64,000 nt of DNA from Eledone cirrhosa (GCA_964016885.1 OZ024755.1:15686001-15750000); one strand, 5' to 3'; numbered from the stretch's first letter, positions 1 through 12,460 are shown. Numbers and translations: made by a program. The notes: a model not told the origin generated them from the sequence alone.

Positions 1-738
1 GTTATTTTTTCTTCTTGATTTGATGTTTGTTATTTCACTATTAATTGTGGGTGGTCTAAATTCAAGACTGTCGTTATTGAAGTGACAAGAATAAATGGTT
101 AAATGAATCGGGGGAAAAAAAGAAAATATTTTTATTAAATTTAGAATATAAAACACTTTAATCTGAAACCATACGCTGAGATCTTTTAACAATGAGTAAA
201 AGTGGAATAATAGGAAATATATGAAGAGGAAAAGCGAAGAAGAAAAAAACTAGAATTGCTGCCGGGGACAAATAAAAGGAAATAAAAGTGGGTGGAGTGA
301 AGCAAACACAAAAGAGAAAAGGATAAAAAGAGAGACGGACAGAGGGAGGAAGCAGGGAGGGAAAGATAACGAGAAACTAAGAATACAAAATGGCGAATTT
401 TTAGAGTAACAGATCGATTGATGGGAGAGGCAAGATATAGGAGAAATGTGTAAACGATACTTGAAGTAATTGGCTCATTTAATAGGCCTTACGTCAGAGA
501 TAATCCGTCTGGGTCATTTAATTGACCCGACAAAGAAATAAATTATTAATCGGTCGTCCGTTTCTATTCTACCCCTGTTGCTTCTTTACTATTGTTTCTG
601 TTTGCACGCAAAGTCTGAACGTTGGGAGTTACAGAAACAAAAACGTAAAGTAAATTCCCAGCTGGTCAGAACCTTAATTCGGTTCCTATCGAGAGTTGAA
701 TCCATTTTACTTCATAAGAATTTATGATGAAAAGACAT

Positions 739-768
739 GAATACATACATATACATATATATATACAT

Positions 769-851
<83 letters not shown>

Positions 852-890
852 TACATATATATATATTCATATATACATACATACATATAT
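739..890. repeat. (TA)n/(TACA)n microsatellite
   Basis: Direct dinucleotide run; source of the YIYIYI ORFs. Confidence 0.95.
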
Positions 891-990
891 GTTGGCTTTT
901 TAGCTTCAATTCTCTCATCGAGCGATCATAGAGCCATATGATAATTATATTATATTTTCGGTATCTTTACACACACACTCACACACACAT

Positions 991-1022
<32 letters not shown>

Positions 1023-1148
1023 TTATTAAAATAAATATTTGCTCTACGGTTCTTATATATTTGATATATATTTATCCTTATCGAGCCCTCTTTGGATTTT
1101 AGTCTTCAAATTTATTATTATTACTATATATATATATATATATATATA

Positions 1149-1613
1149 TACGATATTAAATAAATGGAAACTATATTTATAAAACCATATTTATTTCATT
1201 ATATATATTTCAGGGATATCATATTAAAAATATGTTATGCCTTCTTCAGACAAAATACAATATAAACAGTCTTATAAATAGATAGATTCGACATACCTTT
1301 CAACTTCGACTTCTATTTGAAAAGTTGATTTGGTAGTACTACCAAATCAACTTTTCAAATAGAAGTCGAAGTTGAAAGGTATGTCGAATCTATCTATTTA
1401 TAAGACTGTTTATATTGTATTTTGTCTGAAGAAGGCATAACATATTTTTAATATGATATCCCTGAAATATATATAATGAAATAAATATGGTTTTATAAAT
1501 ATAGTTTCCATTTATTTAATATCGTAAATATACTCCAAATACTTGTTGAGTGCTTTTATATCAGTTATAAATATTTACTCGTTGTTAACCCAACAATTTA
1601 AATAAAACTTTGC
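1149..1613 (+). mobile_element. Fold-back (palindromic) hammerhead mini-element in (TA)n; Penelope-like pLTR derivative, family P1
   Basis: Palindrome 1149-1526 centred on GGTAGT|ACTACC (1337/1338), no mismatch seen by eye; unpaired tail to about 1613; TA runs on both sides. Confidence 0.85.
1418..1483 (+). ncRNA. Type I hammerhead ribozyme (mirror copy on minus strand at 1192-1257)
   Basis: tattttgt-CTGAAGA-agg...cct-GAAA-tatata-TA-atgaaata; 8-bp stem I with 2 GU pairs, AUA triplet, overlapping AATAAA. Confidence 0.75.
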
Positions 1614-1648
1614 ATATATATATATATGTATGTATATATATATATATA

Positions 1649-1800
1649 GGGGTAGAACACTGGAAGGTAATATCTGTAGTGGTAGAGCACTGAGTCCATG
1701 GGACGAGTTAGGTAGAACTGGTAACACGACAGTTAGTTCACCATAACGAGAACAGTTGTTTCACCTTAGCGGATCTGTAATGATTATTGCATAATAGCTC
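1649..1800 (-). mobile_element. Degenerate copy of hammerhead mini-element family P7 (see 51454-51671)
   Basis: Aligns by eye to 51530-51670 in reverse; GAAACAACTGTT half kept, CTGAGGA core deleted; abuts (TA)n. Confidence 0.8.
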
Positions 1801-1949
1801 CACACTAAAGTACATATAATGCAATAAATACGATAATGTAACATCTAACTTAACATTTATTTCATATATGTGTGTGTCTGTGTGTGTGTATGTGTGACTG
1901 GAATAAGTAGAAGAATAAATAAATGAATATGAGGTAAACATGGGTAGAA

Positions 1950-2260
1950 CAGGTGGTAACCACTGTTACAATGAGGGATGCTGATGATGCGGTTGGTTAA
2001 TCAGTGTTACGAGAAGAAATACGGATGGCACGAATGATAATCACTGTTACAAGGAGAAAAACGGTATGGTAATCATTATTGCAACAAGATTACGCTTGAT
2101 AGGGATGTTAATCGATGTTACGAGGAGAAACATGTGTGGTGTGGTCTGGTGTGTGTGTGGTACGATGTGGTGTGATGTGGTGTGGATGGGTAATTACTGT
2201 GACAATGAGAACTGCGGGTGATCTGGGTGGTAATTACTGTTGTCAAGAGAATTATGGGTA
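1950..2260. repeat. Degenerate minisatellite, unit about 30-42 bp (ggtaatcactgttacgaggagaaa-like)
   Basis: Recurring taatcactgttac / taattactgt motif about 7 times. Confidence 0.6.
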
Positions 2261-2747
2261 GTTCAGTTTAGAAATACTTTAATATTCATTTGTGCAGTTC
2301 TCTTACTCTCACACTGATCGCAACACTGGAAACGCCATTTCTATTACATTGTACTTTTTTCTCTTTTCAAATTAAACATCAAAGCACAATTCACTTAATT
2401 ATTTTACATGGTTCAATAATTTGATAATATATTTTATATACTCACGAAGTGTAAAGCTTGAAAATTGTTACAAGCCACAAGAGACATCAATATGTACATT
2501 TTATATATTATGTATATTCTTATAAAGTTAATATTATAAAGTTTAATGATCAAAGATGTGAAGATAAAACTTTTTTTCTCTAAAACAATTCATCAAATTT
2601 AAAGGGAAAAGTATAAACAAAAATATTTTTGCAATCACCAAAAGGTTTTCCAAATCATTTTCACCTGGAAGGTGTGCTTCAGTGGTTTTATTAGTAATTT
2701 GGCAAATTCACCAGCGCTAACCCCAGGCCTACAGAGTTATGTCACGT

Positions 2748-2905
2748 AAATTGTTTCTAATTTAGGTTCAAGGTCAGCAATTCGAGACAGTGGTGCGGTC
2801 GATTGAATAGACAAAAGTAAATGACTGATATTTTATTTTATCGATCCATGAAGAATGAAATGTAAATATTTCCTCGACCGGATTCTAACTCTAAACGTAA
2901 AGAGC
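2748..2905 (-). mobile_element. tRNA-derived SINE family A, old copy
   Basis: Degenerate reverse complement of the TTCATCC...GTCGATAAAATAAA core and GAAACAATT tail. Confidence 0.7.
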
Positions 2906-3316
2906 TAACATAACGAGAATCATAGACTCACTTATACATACATACATGCATACATATGTGTGTGTGTGTGTGTTTACATTTGTATGAATAGAAAGCAATC
3001 AACAAATTAGGCTTCTCATTGTTCCTAATGAAAATTGAGCTATGGTAGATAACTGTTTCTGTTGTTTTATTATCATGGTGGTGGTGGGGCTGCTGCTGCT
3101 GGTACTGGTGGTGTTTTTAGTGGTGTTGCTGCTGGTGTTTGTGGCGGTGGCGGTGGTGGTGGCTGTGATGGTGTTGCTCGTAGTCGTGTTGGTGGTGGTG
3201 GTATTTTGTTTGCATCGTGTATGTGTATGTTTGCGTAAATGTTAAAGAGTTACAGATCGAGCTATATATAAATATAAAGACACACACGGTGTATTATTAT
3301 GGTTCATGTATATATG

Positions 3317-3635
3317 GTGTCGTAACTCGCGAGGGAGTCGTAGGGGCGCCGTTTCTAGGGCATTTTAAAACCTGGCGACGACCATCTCCCCTGCAGGTCT
3401 GAATACAGATGTTTTCTTCTAGAGAAGGATAGGAAGTGTGAGAAAAAGGAAGTGAAATAGAGATATAGAGGAAGAATCGATCCCAGTGCTAGGCTGGTAC
3501 TTTTTTTATTGACCTTGAATGGATGAAAGGTAAAGTTGACATCGGCAGGGTTTGAACTCAGAGAGCAGAGTATCAAAATGAATACCACAAAGCATTATAT
3601 CCTACGTTTCTAACGACTCTGCTAATTCACCGCCC
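3317..3635 (-). mobile_element. SINE family A' (family A head and core with a longer, different 3' part)
   Basis: Homologous to 20638-20950 and 35155-35500; B box GAGTTCAAA on minus strand. Confidence 0.75.
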
Positions 3636-3660
3636 TCCTCTAGTGAGTAAAGCCAGCAAA

Positions 3661-3960
3661 ATAATTGTTTCTACTATTGGCACAAGGCCAGCAATTACTC
3701 AGTACATTACTGGTACTTTATTTTATCGACCCCATCAGGATGAAAGGCAAAGTTAACCTCGGCGGGATTTGAACTCAGAATGGCAAGGGCTGTAACTCTA
3801 TGAGTCAAAGCATGGCGTCCGACCCTCTACCGATACTGCCAATAATAATTGTTTCTACTTTTGGCACAAGGCCAGCAAATATCCAGTGCATTACTGGTAC
3901 TTTATTTTATCGACCCCGTAAGGATGAAAGGTAAAGCTAACCTCAGCTGGATTTGAACTC
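3661..3960 (-). mobile_element. Head-to-tail dimer of young SINE family A inside one TSD
   Basis: Copies at 3661-3840 and 3841-3960, flanked by aagccagcaaaataat / aagctagcaaaataat. Confidence 0.85.
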
Positions 3961-4319
3961 AAGCTAGCAAAATAATAACAAAAAAGTAAGGAATTTCATC
4001 CAATAGTGTAAAGACTGCCCATTCGCTGCCTGTTGTTCCGATGCCATGGACCGAACCACAGACCGTCCGTTCTGTTGTTTGGTCCCCCTTACATATTCGT
4101 CCAGCAGCCAGTCGGACAATCATTAAAACATATGACTAATAGTTTTATCACTTGTTACCTTAGATACTGTTGCTATAGATTATATATCTGGCGTAATTAA
4201 TGTTTTCCATACATGCTGTAATAGTTGCTATGGTTACACTGGTTAGGCGTTCCAGCCCACAACTTTGTCTCTCTCTCTCACTGTTGCTGCAGTTGTCTAC
4301 GAGTAGTTGTTGATGTTGC

Positions 4320-6405
4320 TGCCTGGTGATTGTTACTGGTGGTGTTGTGGTGATTGTTAGTGGTAGTTGTTGTTGTTGCTGTGTTGTGGTTGTTAGTGCT
4401 GGCGGCGGGGGTGGTGGTAGAGGTCACCGTCGTGGCGGTGGTGGTTGTGGTACTGGTGGTCGTAGTGGTCGCGGTGGTCGTGGTAGTAGTCGTGGTCGTC
4501 GTTATGGTCGTTGTGGTGGTGGTGGTGGTGGTGGTCGTGGTGGTCGTGGTCGTTGTGGTTGTGGTGGTGGTGTTGGTGTATGTGATGATAATTGTTGTGT
4601 TAACGGTGTAAACGTGTGTAGTGATTATAATGATGGCGTTTAACGGTGTTAATGATCAAGGTGGTGGTAGTTGTTGCTATGGTAATGATAGCGATTCTAA
4701 TGATGGTGGCGCTAGTAATGATGGTGCTGGTGCTGGTGGTGCTAGTGGTGATGGTACTGGTGTTGGTGGTGATGATGGTGCTAGTGATGTTACTAGTGAT
4801 GATAGTGCTAGTAATTGGTATTTCTAGTCATGATGGTGATGCTAGTGATGGTGGTGTTAGTGGTGGTGGTGCTAGTGGTGGTGGTGCTAGTTGTGGTGGT
4901 GTTAGTGATGGTGGTGCTGGTGGTGGTGGTGCTAGTGGTGGTGGTGCTAGTGATGGTGGTGCTAGTGGTGGTGGTGCTGGTGGTGGTGGTGCTAGTGGTG
5001 GTGGTGCTAGTGGTGGTGGTGCTAGTGATGGTGGTGCTAGTGGTGGTGGTGTTGGTGGTGGTAGTGCTAGATATGGTGGTGTTAGTGGTGGTGGTGCTAG
5101 TGATGGTGGTGCTAGTGATGGTGGTGCTAGTGGTGGTGGTGTTGGTGGTGGTAGTGCTAGATATGGTGGTGTTAGTGGTGGTGGTGCTAGTGATGGTGGT
5201 GCTAGTGGTGGTGGTGCTAGTGGTGGTGGTGCTAGTGATGGTGGTGCTAGTGGTGGTGGTGCTAGTGGTGGTGGTGCTAGTGATGGTGGTGTTAGTGGTG
5301 GTGGTGTTGGTGGTGCTAGTGGTGGTGGTGTTGGTGGTGGTGGTGCTAGTGGTGGTGGTGCTAGTGGTGGTGGTGTTGGTGGTGGTGGTGCTAGTGATGG
5401 TGGTGCTAGTGGTGGTGGTGTTGGTGGTGGTGGTGCTAGTGGTGGTGGTGCTAGTGGTGGTGGTGCTAGTGGTGGTGGTGCTAGTGATGGTGGTGCTAGT
5501 GGTGGTGGTGCTAGTGATGGTGGTGCTAGTGGTGGTGGTGTTGGTGGTGGTGGTGCTAGTGGTGGTGGTGCTAGTGGTGGTGGTGTTGGTGGTGGTGGTG
5601 CTAGTGATGGTGGTGCTAGTGGTGGTGGTGCTAGTGATGGTGGTGCTAGTGGTGGTGGTCCTAGTGGTGGTGGTGCTAGTGGTGGTCGTGCTAGTGGTGG
5701 TCGTGCTAGTGGTGGTCGTGCTAGTGGTGGTGGTGCTAGTGGTGGTGGTGCTAGTGATGGTGGTGCTAGTGATGGTGGTGCTAGTGGTGGTGGTGCTAGT
5801 GGTGGTGGTGCTAGTGGTGGTCGTGCTAGTGGTGGTCGTGCTAGTGGTGGTCGTGCTAGTGGTGGTGGTGCTAGTGGTGGTGGGGCTTGTGTTGGTGCTA
5901 GATATTGTGGTGCTAGTGGTGGTGGTGCTAGTGGTGGTGGTGCTAGTGGTGGTCGTGCTAGTGGTGGTCGTGCTATTGGTGGTGGTGCTAGTGGTGGTGG
6001 GGCTTGTGTTGGTGCTAGATATTGTGGTGCTAGTGGTGGTGGTGCTAGTGGTGGTGGTGCTAGTGGTGGTGGTGCTAGTGGTGGTCGTGCTAGTGGTGGT
6101 CGTGCTAGTGGTGGTCGTGCTAGTGGTGGTCGTGCTAGTGGTGGTCGTGCTAGTGGTGGTGGTGCTAGTGGTGGTGGTGCTAGTGATGGTGCTAGTGGTG
6201 GTGTTGCTTGTGATGGTGGTGCTAGTGGTGGTGGTGCTTGTGATGGTGGTGCTAGTGGTGGTGTTGCTAGTGGTGATGGTGCTAGTGGTGGTGGTGGTGC
6301 TAGTGGTGGTGTTGCTAGTGGTGGTGGTGCTAGTGGTGGTGGTGCTAGTGGTGGTGTTGCTTGTGGTGGTGCTATATATTGTGGTGCTAGTGATGGTGGT
6401 GTTAG
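4320..6405. repeat. GGT-rich low-complexity tract with a 15-bp minisatellite (GGTGGTGGTGCTAGT)n from about 4830
   Basis: Direct tandem units; several frames on both strands are open because of the repeat. Confidence 0.95.
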
Positions 6406-6482
6406 ATGTCTTTGCTTCTGTCGTTGCAATCCCCCATGTTGCTAACAACTGCTAATGTTTCTCATTAGGTTACTGGCTATGG

Positions 6483-6800
6483 ATGCAGCATGGTCGAATG
6501 GGTAATGCGTTTGCTTCGCAATCATTATGTACTAGATTCGATTCCACAGCTTGACATCTTGGACAATTGCCATTTACCATAGGTTGCCGGTAAAGCCATG
6601 CCATGTAAACGAATTTAGGTAGACATAAACTGTAAATGTAACTCAAAGGGCCAGCCTTCTCACATTGTGTATCATGTTGAATTACCATGGGAATTGATTA
6701 GGAGTATACGTGCCACCCACATGTTAATTTTACGAGCAGGTTGATCCGTTGATCGAAAAACTGGAACGCTCATCTTGAAACCGATGGAGGCCCATTCTAT
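6483..6800 (+). mobile_element. tRNA-derived SINE family B, degenerate
   Basis: A box TGGTCGAATGG, B-like TTCGATTCC; body matches 41800-42094 in reverse. Confidence 0.6.
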
Positions 6801-6882
6801 TCTAGTCTAAATTCGTCACTCATACTAATGTGCTACCGATGCAATTGGTTCCTATTGGTATGATTATTTGAGTTGCTAGCAT

Positions 6883-7105
6883 GGCGGTGAATTGGCAGAA
6901 TCGGTAGAGCGTCTGGCAACAAGCTTTGCAGCATATAGTTACGGTTCTTTACGTTCTGAGTTCAAATCCTGCAAAGGTTAGCTTTACTTTTCACCCTTAC
7001 GGGGGGCGGATAAAATAAAGTACCAGTAATACGCTGAGGTCGATTTAATCGACGTGTCCCTCCCCACAAAATTGTTGGCCTTGTACCTAAATCAGAAGCG
7101 ATTAT
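6883..7105 (+). mobile_element. SINE family A
   Basis: GGCGGTGAATTGGCAGAATCGG head, GAGTTCAAAT B box, GATAAAATAAAGTACCAG core. Confidence 0.85.
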
Positions 7106-7559
7106 TTCAGTTGCTATCATTGTTATTATGGTTATTGGTAATATTGTTAGTTTTATTAATTTTGTTGTTCATATTCGTATTATTGTTCTTGTTATTGTGG
7201 TTATTGGTAATGCTGTTAGTTTTACTAATGTTAGTGTTAATATCAGTATTACTGTTGTTATTATTCTTGCAATCATAATTATCGTTTGGTCATAGATCAA
7301 TCCTGATTAACCAGACTTATGACTGCTGTGTTATTTAGTAGAATACGATACTACATTATGTAATGCGTCATGTTTTTTCCCCAGATAAAAGAGGGTGAAT
7401 TTAGTGAGATTTGGCTGTGGTTTTTACAGATCAAGCGACCAGATAAAGGCTCCCTTATTTCTGATTGAAATAAACGATTGAAATAAATAAAAGAATAAAA
7501 GAATATTGGTTAAATATTATAACCAAGATTGTGTATTTTATACATTCTAGAATGTTTGT

Positions 7560-8480
7560 CCCCTGACACCCGTCTTGATGGTTTTGCTAAATTCCAACTA
7601 GTTATACAGAAATTCCTTACTTATTATTTTCCTCTCTACTCTTCCTTCCATCTTCAACAGTATGTATTCTTATTTCATTAGAAATATATTTTTGTTTGAT
7701 TAATTTCTCAGTATATGTGGGTGGATTGTTGTTGTTGTTGGTGGTGGTGGTGATGGTGGTGTAGTTATTAGCGATGATGATGATGATGATGATTGTTTCA
7801 ATGTTGTGTTTTTTGTTAATTTTTTTTTTTTTTTCATTTTTCATTGATGTTCGGATAAATTGGTTTAGTATTTCTTTCAGCTATATGATTCAGCTTCAAG
7901 ATGCATTCATATTTTTCAAAGGGTCTTACCGGCAATGTCTTTCATAGGATCAGTGTCTTTCAATTTCCTTTACCTCCAGGATCTCTTCCCTATTCTTAAT
8001 ATTATATTTCCTTAATATTTTCTTTCTATTCGCCTTTTTCATACTTTCAGACCGTCTCTATTTTGTATTTTAATGAATATATGCCTTTTGTCTTATTTTC
8101 AATTTTCTATAATATCGTTCATTCCCATTGCTATCTTAGTTTCGTTCTGATTGTATTGTTTGTGGAATATCATTAAGGTCCAATGATGTTCCCTAGATAT
8201 TGCCATGGCTGCTGAGCAAATTAACTTATTTCACACGGGGATTGCTTCAGTAAAAAGAACTTTTTCGAGGGCCCAATGGTTTGTTTGCATTTATTTATTC
8301 ACAAAGATGTTTGTATATTTGTAGCTTGAGGAGGTATTTCTATTGATCCAGGTTTATTAAATTTATTGTGGTCAGTTCTATTGTTTTAGTTCTGATAGAT
8401 TTTCTTCATTATTTACTAAGCTTATTCTTATTTGTGTAATTTCGTTTTGTTTATCTGTATGTGTAAGGGCGAGAGTATAT
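7560..8480 (-). pseudogene. Highly decayed Penelope-like remnant (RT thumb / GIY-YIG region)
   Basis: Weak motifs only (NEITQIRISLVNN, NEIRIHTVEDGRKSREE) with many stops. Confidence 0.3.
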
Positions 8481-8532
8481 TATGCTGTTGTTGTTTTTCC
8501 AATTCACTCTGAACTTGTAATAGAATGACGCT

Positions 8533-8715
8533 TAACCCTTTCCTTATAAAATTTCTAACGAAAATACCAGCTATGATTTTCAAATAATTTCGGAAAAATT
8601 AAGAATTTGGCATTATTTAACTTGTTCGTTATCAAGGGTTTAAACAGTTAAAATATACAGTTTTGAATCCAAGTACCATGAATGGTTTCGAATTGTTTGG
8701 GATCAAATGGTTTAA
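8533..8715. mobile_element. piggyBac-like MITE
   Basis: Starts TTAACCCTTT and ends near ATCAAATGGTTTAA; body shared with 21115-21726 and 30831-31045. Confidence 0.45.
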
Positions 8716-9329
8716 ATCCAAACTGCGTTAGCTTGTCTTCATGGCAAAATCCTACAGAGACATCTATCGCAATTCTGAAGCATAACGAAACATTTAATAA
8801 TGTTTCAGTGCCATAACGTTTTCAGGAACTGATATATTTTTAGCTTATATACAGTGGACACAAGTGTGGATGAGTGGGTGAGTTGCACGCTTCGCAAACA
8901 GGGCCGATCTCATTTCAGGTTGACACCACCCTTGTAAACGAAATTTCATTGACGGAAATTTTGTCAGAGGAGTTGCACTTGTAAGGTATTACTCTGATTC
9001 AGCTTGAAAATTCCATTAAGATTAGTCGTTTGTGGAATATTCAAAACCTTATATGTTAATTTAACATCTAGAAAGTCCAGTTGATCAAACTACTGAATGC
9101 TCATCGTCGAAACTGATGGAACATCTGTCATCTACAGCTGAGTTATATGAAGAATTAAGATTCCAGTGTGTTGGTTATGGACATACGAATAGAGCTTTAT
9201 GAGAAAGTTAATCCCAAAACTGCAATTGGTTTCAGATTTATATGTCTTGAAATCAAATCGACTTGCCCCTCCTCACTAAAATTATTGGTCTTGTGCTTAA
9301 GTAAGAAACCGTTATTATTATTATCATAA

Positions 9330-9520
9330 GGGCGGTGGATTGGCAGTATCGGTAGAGGGTCGGACGCCATGCTTTCCAGCATAGTTACGTCCCTTTACGA
9401 TCTGAGTTCAAATCCCGCCGAGGTTGACTTTGCCTTTCATCCTTACGGGGTCGATAAAATAAAGTACCAGTAATGTACTGGATAATTGCTGGCCTTGTGC
9501 CAAAAGTAGAAACAATTATT
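9330..9520 (+). mobile_element. Young SINE family A with TSD
   Basis: Full head, B box and core; TSD ttattattatcat at 9315-9327 and 9516-9528; sits in a SINE cluster 9240-9810. Confidence 0.9.
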
Positions 9521-9530
9521 ATTATCATTA

Positions 9531-9740
9531 GGACGGCGGATTTGCGATATAGGTACAGCGTCGGACAACATACTATGTAGCGTATAGTTACATCCCGTTA
9601 CGTTCTAAGTTCAAATCCCGCTGGGGTTGGCTTAGCCGTTCATCCTTACATGGTTGATAAATAAAGCACCAGTAATGCACTTTCTCCTCCCCTAAAATAG
9701 TTGGCCATGTGCCTAAATCAGAAACAATTATAATCATTAT
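9531..9740 (+). mobile_element. SINE family A, older copy
   Basis: GGCGGATTTGC head, AGTTCAAATCC, TTCATCCTTAC...GATAAATAAAGCACCAG. Confidence 0.8.
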
Positions 9741-10004
9741 TATTTGGTTGATAGGCAGAATTGGTAGAACATCGGACACCATGCTTTCCAGCATTGAGTT
9801 ATGGCCCTTTACATACATGATTTTGATGATGTTATTATTTATTTTGAGAATAATACTTTAATGTCAGTATGAGTGGCCGATTATAGCCAGTTTGAACTGA
9901 AAGAAGTGAGAGAATTCTGGCAGAACACAGTCAGTTTAAATGTTAAAGGGGTTAAATTATTAGCTTTCTGTCAAAATTAAACATCATTAACTAGCAGTCA
10001 TCAG

Positions 10005-10180
10005 GACAGTAGACAAAGGCTTTGCAGTATTTGTTTTAGATCTTTATGTTCTGAGTTCAAATCCCGCCGAGGTTAACTTTGCCTTTCCTCCTTACGGGGT
10101 CGATAAAATAAAGCACCAATAATGCACTGGGATAATTGCTGGCCTTGTGCCAAAAGTAGAAACAATCATTATTATTATTA
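10005..10180 (+). mobile_element. SINE family A
   Basis: GAGTTCAAATCCCGCCGAGGTTAACTTTGCC core and (ATT)n tail. Confidence 0.85.
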
Positions 10181-10539
10181 TTGCTCTCATTTCGGCATAT
10201 ATGTTTGTTTGTTAATAATCTTTGCTGTTGTCGACATTTCTTATTGCAGTTATTGTTATTGTTAATACAGTTGCTGTTGCTGATATTATTGTTATTGATG
10301 ATGTTGCTGAAGTTGATGCAGTTGTTGTTGTTGTTGCATTCATTGTAGAAGCTACATTTAATTGTTGGCATTGTTCTGTTTAATTGTCGTTGTCGTTGTT
10401 GTTGCTGTTGTTGTTGCTATTATTTTCATTTTCGTTTGTTTTATTTGTTTTGTGTGTGTATTTTCATATATATTCTGCGGAATTTACACAAACTTCTACT
10501 TTGCTTTTTCTCTGTTTGTGTTTCTGCCCGCATCAAGCC

Positions 10540-10552
10540 GTTGTTGTTGTAG

Positions 10553-10590
<38 letters not shown>

Positions 10591-11730
10591 GATGGTGGTG
10601 CTGTTGTTGTTGGTGGTGATGGTGATGGTGCGGTTTTTGTTGTTGGTGGGGATGATGGTGGTGGTGATGGTGGTGCTGTTGTTGGTGGTGGTGGTGGTGG
10701 TGGTGGTGATGGTGGTGCTGTTGTTGGTGGTGATGGTGATGGTGATGGTGCGGTTGTTGTTGGTGGTGGTGATGGTGATGGTGCGGTTGTTGTTGGTGGG
10801 GATGATGGTGGTGGTGGTGTTGTCGTTGTTGGTGGTGGTGCTGTTGTTGGTGGTGGTGGTCATGGTGTTGCTGTTGTTGTTGGTGGTGATGGTGATGGTG
10901 ATGGTGCGGTTGTTGTTGTTGGTGGTGATGGTGATGGTGCGGTTGTTGTTGGTGGGGATGATGGTGGTGGTGATGGTGGTGGTGGTGCTGTTGTCGTTGT
11001 TGGTGGTGGTGCTGTTGTTGGTGGTGGTGGTCATGGTGGTGCTGTTGTTGTTGTTGGTGGTGATGGTGATGGTGCGGTTGTTGGTGGTGATGGTGCGGAT
11101 GATGGTGGTGGTGGTGGTGATGGTGCGGTTGTTGTTGTTGGTGGGGATGACGGTGGTGGTGCTGTTGTTGTTGTTGGTGGTAGTGGTGCTGTTGTTGTTG
11201 GTGGTGGTGATGGTGGTGCTGTTGTTGTTGTTGGTGGGGATGATGGTGGTGGTGATGGTGCTGTTGTTGGTGGTGGTGGTGGTGATGGTGGTGCTGTTGG
11301 TGGTAGTGGTGATGGTGATAGTACGGTTGTTGTTGGTGGGGATGATGGTGGTGGTGATGGTGGTGGTGCTGTTGTTGTTGGTGGTGGTGGTGCTGTTGTT
11401 GTTGGTGGTGGTGGTGCTGTTGTTGGTGGTAATGGTGGTGCTGCTGTTGCTGTTGTTGTTGTTGTTGGTGGTGGCAGTGTTGCTGCTACTGCTACTGCTG
11501 CTGCTGTTTTCTCGACGAATCTGTTATTGCAGTTCATTTTCTTGCTTATTTATTGCTGTTATTGTTTTTTTGTTGTTGTTGCTACTGCAGTGTTTACTAT
11601 CTCAGATGTTATTATTGTTATTACTGTTGTTATTGATGTTGTTGCTGCTGCGTTTACTATCTCTGTTGGTGTTACTGTTGTTATTACTGTTGCTGTTGGT
11701 GGTGGTGGTGGTGGTGGTGGTGGTAGTGAT
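10540..11730. repeat. GGT/GTT/GAT trinucleotide-derived compound minisatellite
   Basis: Direct; poly-G/V/T/P ORFs arise from the repeat. Confidence 0.9.
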
Positions 11731-11755
11731 GTTACTGTTGTTATTATTATCGTTT

Positions 11756-11940
11756 GATTTGCAGTATAGGTAGAGGGTCGGACCACATGCTTTGACGCAT
11801 AGAGTTACGGCCCTTGCCATTCTGAGTTCAAATCCCGCCGAAGTTAACTTTGCCTTTCATCCTTACGGGGTCGACAAAATAAAGTACCAGTAATGCACTG
11901 GGGTAATTACTAGCCTTGTGCCAAAAGTAGAAACAATTAT
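11756..11940 (+). mobile_element. Young SINE family A with TSD
   Basis: TSD attattatcgttt at 11743-11755 and 11936-11948. Confidence 0.9.
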
Positions 11941-11974
11941 TATCGTTTTTTTGTTGTCGTCGCTCTTGCAGACA

Positions 11975-12245
11975 GTTGCCGTTGTTGTTATTGCTGTTGT
12001 TGTGGTGATTGTTGTTGTTGTTGATGTTGCTGTTGTTGCTCTTGCTGTTGTTGCTGTTATTGTTCGTACTGTTGCCGTGATTGTTGCTGTTGTTGCTGCT
12101 GCTGTAATCATTGTTGTTATAATCATTGTTGCTGTTACTGTGGTGGTGACGGTTGTTATTGTTGTTATTACTACTGTAATTATTGTTGTTGTTGCTATTA
12201 CAGTTGTTGTTGTTGCAGTTGTTGTTATAGTTGTTTTGCTTCTAG
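11975..12245. repeat. (GTT/GCT)n degenerate trinucleotide tract
   Basis: Direct. Confidence 0.85.
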
Positions 12246-12460
12246 TGCTGTTAGTTCTGATAATGTTTACAACAGACAATCTTAATGGCTTCGATGAAAC
12301 TCCTTAAGATAGGGAATCTTTAATAGTCTGCCTTCAATTAATGAGCAGACTGTCATGTTTGTTTCTACAGCAATCGTTCATATCAGCTCTCCGTTACTAG
12401 AAGGAAGAAATGATCAAAATGTGTGCATGCGTATATGTGTCAATCTTTATATAGAACGTG

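Noticed and set aside
1149-1526. Palindromes as DNA-transposon MITEs, or all as assembly artefacts
   Set aside because: One-sided tails, variable fold-back points, embedded hammerheads and arm mismatches in other copies fit retro-derived inversion better; an artefact is still possible for this perfect copy
1950-2260. CRISPR-like repeat/spacer appearance
   Set aside because: Repeats are degenerate, spacing is irregular, no cas genes, eukaryotic context
4646-6455. 533-599 aa ORFs (Gly-rich, mucin-like, extensin-like)
   Set aside because: Four overlapping frames on both strands are open only because of the 15-bp repeat; no splice or domain evidence
9330-9420. tRNA gene
   Set aside because: A/B boxes belong to SINE heads; no cloverleaf, and the sequence runs into the SINE core
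10384-12307. Long Gly/Val/Thr/Pro ORFs
   Set aside because: Translations of trinucleotide-derived repeats
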